DNA of 64,000 nt, taken from the NCBI GenBank assembly GCA_030141605.1, contig JAQGDQ010000046.1:310001-374000 (forward strand). The letters run 5' to 3'. Made by a program: the position numbers and the translations under genes. The notes under the pieces were generated by a model. It was not told the origin of the DNA. It saw only the letters and a list, made by a program, of their open reading frames with translations, and did not search any database. This document shows positions 54,701 through 64,000 of the stretch, one piece after another. The DNA comes from Tubiluchus corallicola. Lineage: Eukaryota > Animalia > Priapulida. The stretch's first letter is position 1; every line of letters starts with the position of its first letter.

Positions 54701-57700
54701 TGTTATAGCACTCGTGAAATTTTGAAGAACACTCGGAAGTAACTCATGCATTTGTAATTTCTAGGGAGGAACAAAAGTGCTTGTCACGGGACCGTGGTAT
54801 TCGCCTACATCACCATATATCTGTATGTTTGATAGTGTTAGTGCCCCTGCATCCTTGGTACAGACTGGCGTGCTACGCTGCTTTTGCCCAGGTACAAACT
54901 AAGCATAGTATCACTCTACAAGTTTCTTAGTCATAAACAACATTTAAGAACCATTATTAATTTTGCAGCACATTGCCACGAAAAGTGAAATGCATTTATT
55001 TCAATTCAGCACAGTACATCAATTTTGTTGCAAAACACTTGATTGCTTGTCATAATTCGCTGCCTATATTTCTTAATTAACTTGTTACACTTGAAATTTT
55101 CAGCTCACGAACCTGGCCTGGTGACATTGCAAGTGGCATGTGAAGGCTGTATCATTTCTAACTCAGTAGTGTTTGAGTACAAGTCTCGACCTGCATCTCT
55201 ACAGCCAAGCAACCATTCAGAATGGTTGGCATTAGACGGTAGGGATTTATGAACTTGCTGCCTCTAATAGCAGAGATTAATTCTTAATAATAAGGATAGT
55301 AACAATGAATGAAAAATCACAGAGTTAAAAAATAATTAGAAAGAAAGAAGACAATGCTTTAAACTACCATCATAGTTCCTTAGGTGAAGGAAAAAGAACA
55401 AAAAAATTCATAAGGAATTACAGGAACTGCTAAAAAACTGATTTTTTAGTTCTTTTTCTATATTATTGAACACATAAAAATGATACCAGTATCCTGTCCT
55501 TTTTGTGTGTTAATACTGTAAATAAAAAGCTCCCAAAAACTAGTTTTATTAGTTCCAATAATTCCTTGTGAATTTTGTTTTTTTGTTGACCCAAAGAAGA
55601 ACTACAGTAGTAATTTGAAACAGTGTTATTTCTTTCTTTTTTATTATATTTCTAATTGTGAGATTTTTTTATTCATTGCTTCTGCAATTATATATTGGGC
55701 AGCGCAGAAATGATATACCGAAGTTTAGACTACAATAGTATTATAAATGAGTGGTCTGTAAAGTTTAGATTTTATAGCGTGATATTGCAGTGCATTAACT
55801 TTTGGCTGTGAAAGGTACAATTTAGAGTTTTAAGTTATGAATGAAAAGCTTTTTTTATGTTAAAAAAATTCAATGCCAGAACAATGTCTAATCATCAACT
55901 GGAAAACGGCCATGTTCAGTGACATATAAAGCACTCATTACTTGGAACTAAACTATGCAGGAATCAACTAGTTTATATCATGGTCATCACCATAGAAAAT
56001 AAAGCACTGATAGAAATTTTTTGCTGAAGAAATGGGACTTAATCCTCTGGATTACGGTATCTGGAATTCCCGCAAAGAGAAAACATATAATCTAGTTTGC
56101 AGTGAAAATGGTGCTACAGTTGCTATAGATTTTAGTAATAGTGACACAAAGCTTTTCTGGCATTTTTTTGACTTGTTATTTAAAAACTTATGTATCTTTG
56201 AAAAAATTTAAGTGATTCACTTGAAAATTTTGTGCTTATGCATAATTGTCTGTACCATCAGTGTGGCAATTTTCAATTGTTTCCATTTTTCATATACCGT
56301 CATGATTAAAACATTGGTATATTTTTGCGCTATCTGATGTATGCTAAAGTTTCAGTGATTGGAAGTACTCACTGACATTAATAAATTACTTTGGCTGTTC
56401 TTGTTTGTAGGATTTCAAATATCAGCTTTCAGTTTCACCTTGATATTTTATTTAAATTTTGTTCGGTGCATTTTTCAGAGGACAAGTTTAAAATGTCGAT
56501 ATTAGCTAGACTAGAGCAACTGGAACAGAGACTGACTGCAATCAGCAATACTGGAGCTGGGCAAACTTCGCAACAGGTAACACTTGTGAAGCTTACATAA
56601 AAGGTTAAAAATTGTAATTAGTGTATTTATGAATTGTATGCTAAATGTGTGTTTAGAAGTGAATGAATTATAAGAAATAACTTCACTAAAATATAAGTTC
56701 ATAAATACATAAGTGTTCATGCAGTTCTGAATTGCACGAAACAATTTACGTAGCAATTTTTGAAGCAGCGGAAAATGTTTCTTTGCTCAATTAATGATGT
56801 TTTGGTATTAGAAACACTGATGGAACTTATCATTGCTCAATTAATGATGTCTTGGAGTTGAAAAACACTGATATAACATATCCTTTATCGAAGCATCTCT
56901 TTGTATTTACCAAATTAGAATTTGTTCTTTAGTTGTATTCCTTATTTATATTATTGGCTTATCGTGCAGGTTCCATACAACACAAGCACAATGTCATTCG
57001 AAGACCGTTTGGTCGCATTTGTGCAACGACTAAGTACACGGCCATGGCTGAAACCATCTGAGATTCAGTCGCTACGGTCTACTTATCGTGGAATGAACAC
57101 ATTGCATCTAGCAACAGCTCTTAACTACACTCGGCTTGTACACACTCTGATTAGATGGAGGTGAGAATGGGGATTACATTTTTGGCTTGTTAAACTGTGT
57201 ATGTTTGTAACCAGTTCTGAAAACTTTCAAGGAGCATTGCATATTTAAATGTAGGTATGTTGTTTGGTGTGACACGTTATGATATAAACAGTTTTAAGCA
57301 CCTCTTAATTTCTTTCAGCAACTGCAACTAATAATTTTCATTTACTAATTAAGTAGGAGATAAGGAGAGAGCATGTCTTATACCATTGTTGTTATGTTTT
57401 AGATGCGAAAGTCCAAGCTTAGTTTTAGAAAATGAAGTAGATGCAGTTAATGGTGATGATATGATGTGCACACCGTTGGTATGTATAAAAATTTGATATC
57501 CTACTTTGTTTTTTACTGTTAAAAAATCTGTTATTATATTTGATGTTGATTAACTTTTTATAATTTGCATGTGATATGTGGTTTTCCCTCAGGAAAATTA
57601 GTCCGTAGGATCAAATTAATCAGATTAAACAATACACTGTGTGCACCAATAGTAAGCATCTTAAATGAGCAGAATAAAACAGGCTTATGTAACTATAAAA

Positions 57701-60700
57701 TATGGTAGTGTACCATGTACTAATATTGCAAAACTCAGAATTGTCAAGGTTTGAGTGACAAAAATATAGATGTCAAATATGTTTGGAATGTATGTGTAAT
57801 CTAAATGTCTAAGGCAGTTCTGCAGGGCCTTTGTTCTATGTGAAAGAATTATTCTTGATAAATAGTTAGATTTCAATCCAGCCACAAATATCTGTGTTAA
57901 GTTCCAGTTTAGAAAGTGTAAATTGTCCAAAAAAATCATATCCCCGAAATATTTTTGTTCATAATTGCTTTTGCATTATATTAGTTTGATTTATTTTAGA
58001 TGTGGGCATGTGCATTGAATTATCGGGAAACAGCTTTGTTATTATACCAGTGGAACAGTGCTGCCCTCTCCGTGCCCAATGCTGCCAATCAATTACCGCT
58101 GCAGGTTGCTAGAGAACGACAGCACATTCAACTTGCCGAGCAAATAGAAAGCATGGAAAATGCACGTGTTAGCTGTAACTCACAAGTACGTTCACTTATT
58201 TAGTTGTGCGATGAGCTTTGTGCACTACTCAAGATTAAGTTATTTTCACTATTTTGCACCTTTGCTGTTTTAGTAAAAGTGAGAGCAACTTAGTAATCCG
58301 CTATTAACTAATGAAATAAAATATGAATTAACTAGAGTTATAAAATTACTGAAGTAAATAAAATTGTTCCGCATAAAATAAATTGTGTATGTTATAGCTA
58401 TCAAGGAAAGATGGCTCTGCTTGCTCCACTCGTTCTTCTTCAATAGCTTCTGAAGATGCCAACCAGGCAACTGCATCGTCACTTTATTGTGATGCTCCAT
58501 CAGATTCTAAGATGTCTGACGAGAGTCGTATGTTGTCGAAGGTGCCAGAACACATTCAAGATGCACGGAAACACGTGACAGAATGTGAGACTGGTACTCG
58601 GCGAACACGACTGAGCAAAAGAGCTTCCTTGGAGGGTGTAGACCAAGCTCGGACAGAGACAAAGCAACGAAGGACACCAGATCCAGAACTGAGTTCGGAT
58701 CGTATGCAGGGACTAGGTGTGTATGTAATGGTTTGGCTAAATTATTTAAATAAAATTAAATTTATATATTTAAATTGATTTTTAATTAGTTTATATTTAT
58801 TTATATTTAAATAAAATTGTATTTTCACTCATTGATTTTTGATAAATTTCTAAACTTGCAAACTATAATATTATGTTATTCCTTATCAGTGCTGGTTAAT
58901 CAGTTTTTTTGTAAATATTATCTCTTTTTGTTTCTGAATTTCTAGTTATTTCCCACTGTGTAGTTTAAAGGCTCATATCATCTTTGAATAATAAAAGGTT
59001 AATTAACTCATTTGCTGGATATCTTGTTTGGATTGCATAATTGCCAGAAAATGAAAAAAATAAATTCAGTTTGTAAGGCTGTCACGTCAAGCCGAGTATT
59101 TATCTTGATATTTTATGTACTTTGTAATCCTATTCTAATCATAGTCCTGATCTTATAATTTTTTATAGAAGCCATGGCTTTAAATATTTCTACTATTTTT
59201 TTCTAACTACAGTGGATTTCATTTTCTTTTTTGATATTGCTAATAGTTCCATTCTTTTTTGCAGCTTTGATTACACTTATTCATTTGCCTTTTGGTCTTT
59301 CAGATGAGCAACTAAATGACTTATCCTCTTCTGTTCTTATGGAAGTAGAACCCATACAACCAGACTCTCATTTCCAAGATTACAGAGTTGATCAGAGAAG
59401 CTCTGTTATGATGGACACAGGTTTGTGTGTATTAATGCCTTTAGGTACAAGATTTATTCACTCTATTCTACTGATATTTTCCCTTTCTTTTTTTGGAAGC
59501 GTGTTCTTGAAATGTAAAGCACTTATCTTTTTTCCAGCAACCTGTTTTGTATTATAATTCTATGACTGGTTTTGTCAGCTAAATTTCATAAACTACATTA
59601 TAATGATTATTTGGTAAGTTAGAGTGAGAGCATTCAGTGTCCTTTGGTGCTCTAAATAATGTTAAACTTTGCTCACTATATCCTCACAGAACTTTTGAGC
59701 TAGAACATCGTAGTATAGCATGCCCATTCGAGTCATGTGACTAACACTTGACTTAAAGTGAAAGCCTGCGTACAACAAAACTCCTGTAATGGTTACCTAT
59801 TTTTTGCCCTGTCATTACTGAGAATTATGAGACCAATTTTTGGGCCACTTTTGCTGCTGCTATCTTGTGCTTGCTTTGTTAGTATTTTGTGGAATATTAT
59901 CTTAGAAAGTTGTGTAACTGAGATTACTATAGCTAATAATTACTGTAATTTACTGATATGCAGATGGAGTGCCAGATCGGAGTTCACCTTTATATGTGAT
60001 AGGTCTCTCAGATGATGAATGCGAGAACGTGGCACCATCTAGCTTACACAGAGGTAAAGTTGTAATATTTTTATAACATTTAGAACTTCTGGCAGTAAAG
60101 AAATTTGAGCATTGTTTGCATGCATGTGTATTCAAGATTGGAGCCTGATGACACAGCATATAATATGTCAGAAACAGCATAAAAATGCATGTATACATTA
60201 TTGTCAGGTTTATTGTCACTCCAGGTACCAGTGATGGATCTGGTGGAGACAAACGTGTGTTAACACTTGCTGAGCAGATCATTGCTGCAATACCTGAGCG
60301 AATAAAGAACGTTCATGTCAGTGCTATTGGTATACCAAGACCTGGCGAAGTGCGAGAACTTGACTATCCTGAGCTTGATGATGACGAAGATTTTGGTGAT
60401 GCGAGTTATAAGTATGTACTTTTGTGCAAAGATCAATCGTATAATTACATGTTGTTGCACCCAATATCTTTGGTATCTTGTCATGACTTTAGATTAAAAC
60501 CTGAATCTTAATACTTTGTCATGTTGTTCTGGCGTTAGTATAAACTTGTACCCATAAATAATGTTTAACGATATTATGACTAAACTATTGTGACTTAGAA
60601 TAAATATTTAGCTAGGTATACTGATGTAGTCCATCGACTCGGACTCCCATTGCGATCTTCAACTTAACCTCAAACATTTTTATCAAGGTCGCGGACTCGA

Positions 60701-63700
60701 TTCTTGTTTTATTCTTTTATTGGTTCTACTGTGGTTTTTAAGTACTTGTGAGTACCCGTTGCTTATTATGTCTAAAGATGTTACGCAGAAATATAAGAAT
60801 TTGAAAGACAAATAAACTAGATACTGTTATCCTGATGGCTTGTCAGTACCATTTCTGTCTAGTTGTCTGTTCACTTAAGTTTGTCATCTTTCTCACTTAT
60901 TGAATTACCAATAGCAGTAATCTCTTTGTTGGACCAACACAGACTATTACTACAGATATTAACAAATACATATTAATTAGTAATTTAAGTCATCGTATAA
61001 TACCCGGACCTTTCACTCAATCTATTGAATATATATTGCTTATTAATTATAAGTATCTTGTTAATGTAGCACTGTCTATATTATGTTGTTCATGTAGCTT
61101 TATTTATTTGAATCAGGATGAGAGATATTAGGACCACAGTAACTACTATGAGTCCAACCTCCAGTATTCAGAGCCCTTCCCCACCTCCTACTGCAGCCGA
61201 GTTTCGTGGATTTTTCAATGCATCTGGAAAGCTTTTGGAGCGCAATTTTGCTGAATTGACTCTTTCTGGTAATAGCATTAGTGTATATAGTGTCCAAGTT
61301 GTCACACATTTGTGGTATTATACAGTTTTGTTATCACTACAAAAACGGAAGATTTCAAGGGTGTTACTACGCACCCAGTATAATACTTTTCAAATAGCTG
61401 AAGGTGAGCGTAAAATATGTATAGCTAACTAAAAGTGAGTACTGTGAAATTGTGTACATTGACTTGTATATAGGTATCCATTCTGCAAATGATGTCTCTT
61501 CAGACAAGCAATTTTTAGATGTCTTAGATGTTCATGTAATTTAACTTGTGCTTTTACAGATAAAGAGCAGCGCGAACTTTACGAGGCTGCTAAGATAATT
61601 CAGAATGCTTACAGACAGTACAAGGGACGTCGGAGGCAGCAAGAACAAGAGAGGGCCGCAGCAATTCTCATACAAAGTTATTATCGTAGATACAAGCAGG
61701 TACGTTCCAGTTGTTCTTTGCTACATTATGAGATTAAGTTTCAGGCTCATTTAACATTATCATAAAGCGTATTTAGAATGACGGTTGCATTTGCTAGTTA
61801 CTATTGTAGTGTCTCGTTTTAAGTTGACAATTTTAATTGCTGTTAACTAAAAATACTGTCCTCTCTTTCCTTAGTGGAGACATAATGCTTCACTTCTTAC
61901 AAAGGTTTTGATTTAATTATAGTTATTTCTACAATAGGCCCAGGAGACATCACCACGGGATAGAAAAATTATATTTTCTGCTTCCCTTAGGGCCTTTTGA
62001 CATTGCTGTCATTATCGAGAATTAGACTAAAAAACAAAGCAAAATGACATTATGAGAAACACCAGTAAGTGTAGTATAAGGGTGTACTATAAAACGAAAT
62101 AGAATTACGTAGCATCCTGCCAGGTGCATGAGCAAACTTTTTTGCAGCTGGAGTTCTTATTATCGCCTATGAGCAATCCAAGACGTTAAAAGAGAAATTA
62201 TTAATACAATTATTTTTTGCTTTTTGATGTCTGTTGCCTACTGTGTAATAAAAACCAATTACCATCGATAATATAATAACTCCAACTTGGCTTATTAATG
62301 CTAACAAAGTAACAGAATAATAATGTTAATAAGTTAAAACTGAACTCTGTATGCTAAGTAACCCTCTGGCGCTTACTATATAGTCTTAGCCTCAGGATTC
62401 CATGGGACAGAAAACTTGTTAGATGAGTGTAGGGTAGTAATTTCTGTACTTTTCCCTCGCTAGCAATAAGTATGCTATCAGACTTTGTCTTCCAACCAGA
62501 GCAAAATTCATTTCAAGTAAACAAATTTAGTACCTAAATAAACCAGCAAGTAAATAAATTAAATAAATATGCACTATGTACACAGCTATTTATTGGACAT
62601 ACCGGCTGTCACTTCAATAGCGCACAGGCCCACAGGCCCGTCGTTATAATTATCTGCATCCAGAGCACGGCAGACTCACCTGCTGCTAGCAGTTATATTC
62701 CTGTACAAGTTTCATAACACAACACCTACATGTATTTGAACAGATGTCAAATTTACAAAGCTAGAGTGATTTCAGTACTTTTTTGCAAAATCTTGTGTAG
62801 AAAAGAATGCTCTACCGTTTGTATATTGAACAGTTCTCAATACAAGCTATCACTTAGAAACAAGAAGGCTTTGAAACAAAACTTTTCTGAAAATTCTACG
62901 TACTTTTCATATCATCCTGTTAATTACTCAACTAAATAAAAAAATCTAAGCATCTACTGCTGGAAAGACAATTTAATTCTCTTTCAGAAAATATGTAGTT
63001 TTACACTAGTATCTCATGCAATTAGGCTGTTATAGGCATTTTGTACAGGGTCGTCAAAACTACTGAATATTAGTCGTCGTGAAGGAGTTAAGTGAAGAAT
63101 AAAGTAAAATTCTTCCATCAAATGGTGATATCTTTTGTCAAATTACTTGTGCATGCATACACTCCTGTATTTATATTTAATGAGACTTGGCAAAAATACT
63201 GCTGCTGTTAACAGTAATTTTAAAAGTGTGTTGCTAGGTAGCTTAATCATTTAAAAATCAAATCTACATTTCATTTTTTCAGTATGCTTTCTTCAAGAAG
63301 ATGACACGAGCTGCAGTTCTGATACAGAGTCAGTATCGCACCTATCGACATCACAAACATCTGAAACAAATGCGTCAGAATGCCAGTTCTGTACTACAGC
63401 AGCAGTCTGTTAGCAGGTAAAATATTAACAGATTATGCCAGTATTCCTGTTCTGAGTTTTCACCCACAGGGCCGTTGTTGCAGTTTTTGGTAGACTATTT
63501 GCATCTACGAACATCTATTTTGTGTATAATTTTGTGCCTACCATAAAAAGTCTTGCTTCGTGGTTTTGGTTATTTCTCTGCTCACCGTGAAGTCGGAGCA
63601 ATAATGGTAGAGTGGTATGAAAAGAATGATGTGCTGTAAATGTGTGAAGTATTTTTGCAACTTAGCAGTGCTTAGCTATATTTTTGCCCAAGTGTAGTAT

Positions 63701-63936
63701 TTCTGAAACACTTTTGTCAGTTTGTTAGATAACCAACTCTCAGCTTCTATAACTGAGAACATAAATGCTGTTGTCTGTATTCTAATGTTGTCACATAACC
63801 TTTTGTATGTAATCTGAAGCAACACCACTAACATTGGACTTGGCAGTTCTGGCTACCATGATAATGTGATAACTCTGAAGCGACAGCAAGCAGCGGCGCG
63901 AAAAATTCAACGATTTATGCGCCAGTCAAAAAATCG
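39820..63936 (+). CDS. CAMTA: Calmodulin-binding transcription activator (CAMTA); at least 22 coding exons, 3' end beyond the window
   Basis: Exons join in consistent phase (about 1250 codons in the window). CG-1 domain ([12 protein letters not shown]...[25 protein letters not shown]...[20 protein letters not shown]), TIG ([16 protein letters not shown]), ankyrin repeats and IQ motifs. Confidence 0.96.
40698..40801 (+). CDS. CAMTA: CAMTA exon, start of CG-1 domain
   Basis: [34 protein letters not shown] | gtaata. Confidence 0.93.
42449..42520 (-). pseudogene. Degenerate tRNA-like sequence (tRNA pseudogene or tRNA-derived SINE head)
   Basis: GGCTGAG...CTTAGTC forms a 7-bp acceptor stem; A-box-like GCAGTGGTTGAG and B-box-like GTCCAAATCC are present; the anticodon arm does not pair. 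Confidence 0.5.
42945..43012 (+). CDS. CAMTA: CAMTA exon, CG-1
   Basis: [23 protein letters not shown] | gtaaga. Confidence 0.95.
48486..48621 (+). CDS. CAMTA: CAMTA exon, CG-1 core (GC donor)
   Basis: [45 protein letters not shown] | gcaagt. Confidence 0.95.
48761..48835 (+). repeat. (TC)n microsatellite
   Basis: About 17 perfect TC units plus a pyrimidine-rich tail. Confidence 0.92.
51266..51337 (+). CDS. CAMTA: CAMTA exon, CG-1
   Basis: [24 protein letters not shown] | gtgagc. Confidence 0.96.
52515..52647 (+). CDS. CAMTA: CAMTA exon, end of CG-1
   Basis: [16 protein letters not shown]...[15 protein letters not shown] | gtaagt. Confidence 0.95.
53021..53067 (+). CDS. CAMTA: CAMTA small exon
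   Basis: ttacag | [16 protein letters not shown] | gtaagt; needed to restore phase. Confidence 0.8.
53254..54369 (+). CDS. CAMTA: CAMTA large exon (S/T/N-rich region up to the start of TIG)
   Basis: 1116-nt open exon, [13 protein letters not shown]...KHRIISPK...[12 protein letters not shown] | gtaaga. Confidence 0.93.
54765..54891 (+). CDS. CAMTA: CAMTA exon, TIG/IPT domain
   Basis: [42 protein letters not shown]. Confidence 0.95.
55104..55238 (+). CDS. CAMTA: CAMTA exon, end of TIG
   Basis: [27 protein letters not shown]...EWLALD. Confidence 0.95.
55303..55678. repeat. About 375-bp degenerate foldback palindrome in a CAMTA intron
   Basis: Arms pair around a centre near 55490, e.g. AAAATTCATAAGGAATTACAGGAACT versus reverse complement AAAATTCACAAGGAATTATTGGAACT. 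Confidence 0.8.
56479..56576 (+). CDS. CAMTA: CAMTA exon
   Basis: [19 protein letters not shown]...TSQQ | gtaaca. Confidence 0.92.
56783..56882 (+). repeat. About 50-bp tandem duplication
   Basis: TTGCTCAATTAATGATGT..GG....AAACACTGAT occurs twice in tandem. Confidence 0.8.
56970..57160 (+). CDS. CAMTA: CAMTA exon, ankyrin repeat
   Basis: FEDRLVAF...[26 protein letters not shown] | gtgaga. Confidence 0.95.
57403..57478 (+). CDS. CAMTA: CAMTA exon, ankyrin region
   Basis: [25 protein letters not shown] | gtatgt. Confidence 0.92.
58000..58185 (+). CDS. CAMTA: CAMTA exon, ankyrin repeats
   Basis: [19 protein letters not shown]...[19 protein letters not shown]. Confidence 0.94.
58398..58716 (+). 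CDS. CAMTA: CAMTA exon (linker)
   Basis: ttatag | LSRKDGS...RLSKRASLE...MQGL | gtgtgt; open and phase-consistent. Confidence 0.75.
59304..59420 (+). CDS. CAMTA: CAMTA exon (linker)
   Basis: tttcag | [16 protein letters not shown]...MMDT | gtttgt. Confidence 0.72.
59964..60053 (+). CDS. CAMTA: CAMTA exon (linker)
   Basis: atgcag | [30 protein letters not shown] | gtaaag. Confidence 0.75.
60225..60411 (+). CDS. CAMTA: CAMTA exon
   Basis: Contains the conserved CAMTA block [17 protein letters not shown]. Confidence 0.92.
61117..61268 (+). CDS. CAMTA: CAMTA exon
   Basis: [32 protein letters not shown] | gtaata. Confidence 0.9.
61560..61699 (+). CDS. CAMTA: CAMTA exon, IQ motifs
   Basis: [24 protein letters not shown]...[14 protein letters not shown]. 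Confidence 0.97.
63283..63416 (+). CDS. CAMTA: CAMTA exon, IQ motif
   Basis: [25 protein letters not shown]. Confidence 0.95.
63847..63936 (+). CDS. CAMTA: CAMTA exon, C-terminal IQ-like motif
   Basis: [19 protein letters not shown] | gtaagt; the gene continues past the window. Confidence 0.92.
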
Positions 63937-64000
63937 GTAAGTGCTTTTTCCCTCTAACTGCTGTATGGCTTGGGAGTGAGTGTCTGGTAAATGATAGACC

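Overview
AT-rich eukaryotic genomic DNA with spliceosomal introns, most likely from an invertebrate animal; the species cannot be determined from the sequence. Two protein-coding genes can be reconstructed on the + strand by hand, with consistent splice phases. One is a NUDT6-family Nudix hydrolase (7 exons, about 6786-11699, about 309 aa). The other is a CAMTA calmodulin-binding transcription activator (at least 22 coding exons from 39820, running off the right edge) with CG-1, TIG, ankyrin and IQ domains and one GC-AG intron. The rest is intron, intergenic DNA and decayed transposons: a CR1-like LINE (about 1.7-5.5 kb, - strand) interrupted by a probable solo LTR, a second LINE ORF2 remnant (13.4-15.9 kb), palindromic MITE-like elements, a tRNA-like relic and microsatellites. 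The most unusual signals are a clear type I KH RNA-binding domain between ORF1 and the endonuclease of the CR1-like LINE, and a roughly 940-bp inverted-repeat element ending 7 bp before the predicted NUDT6 start codon.
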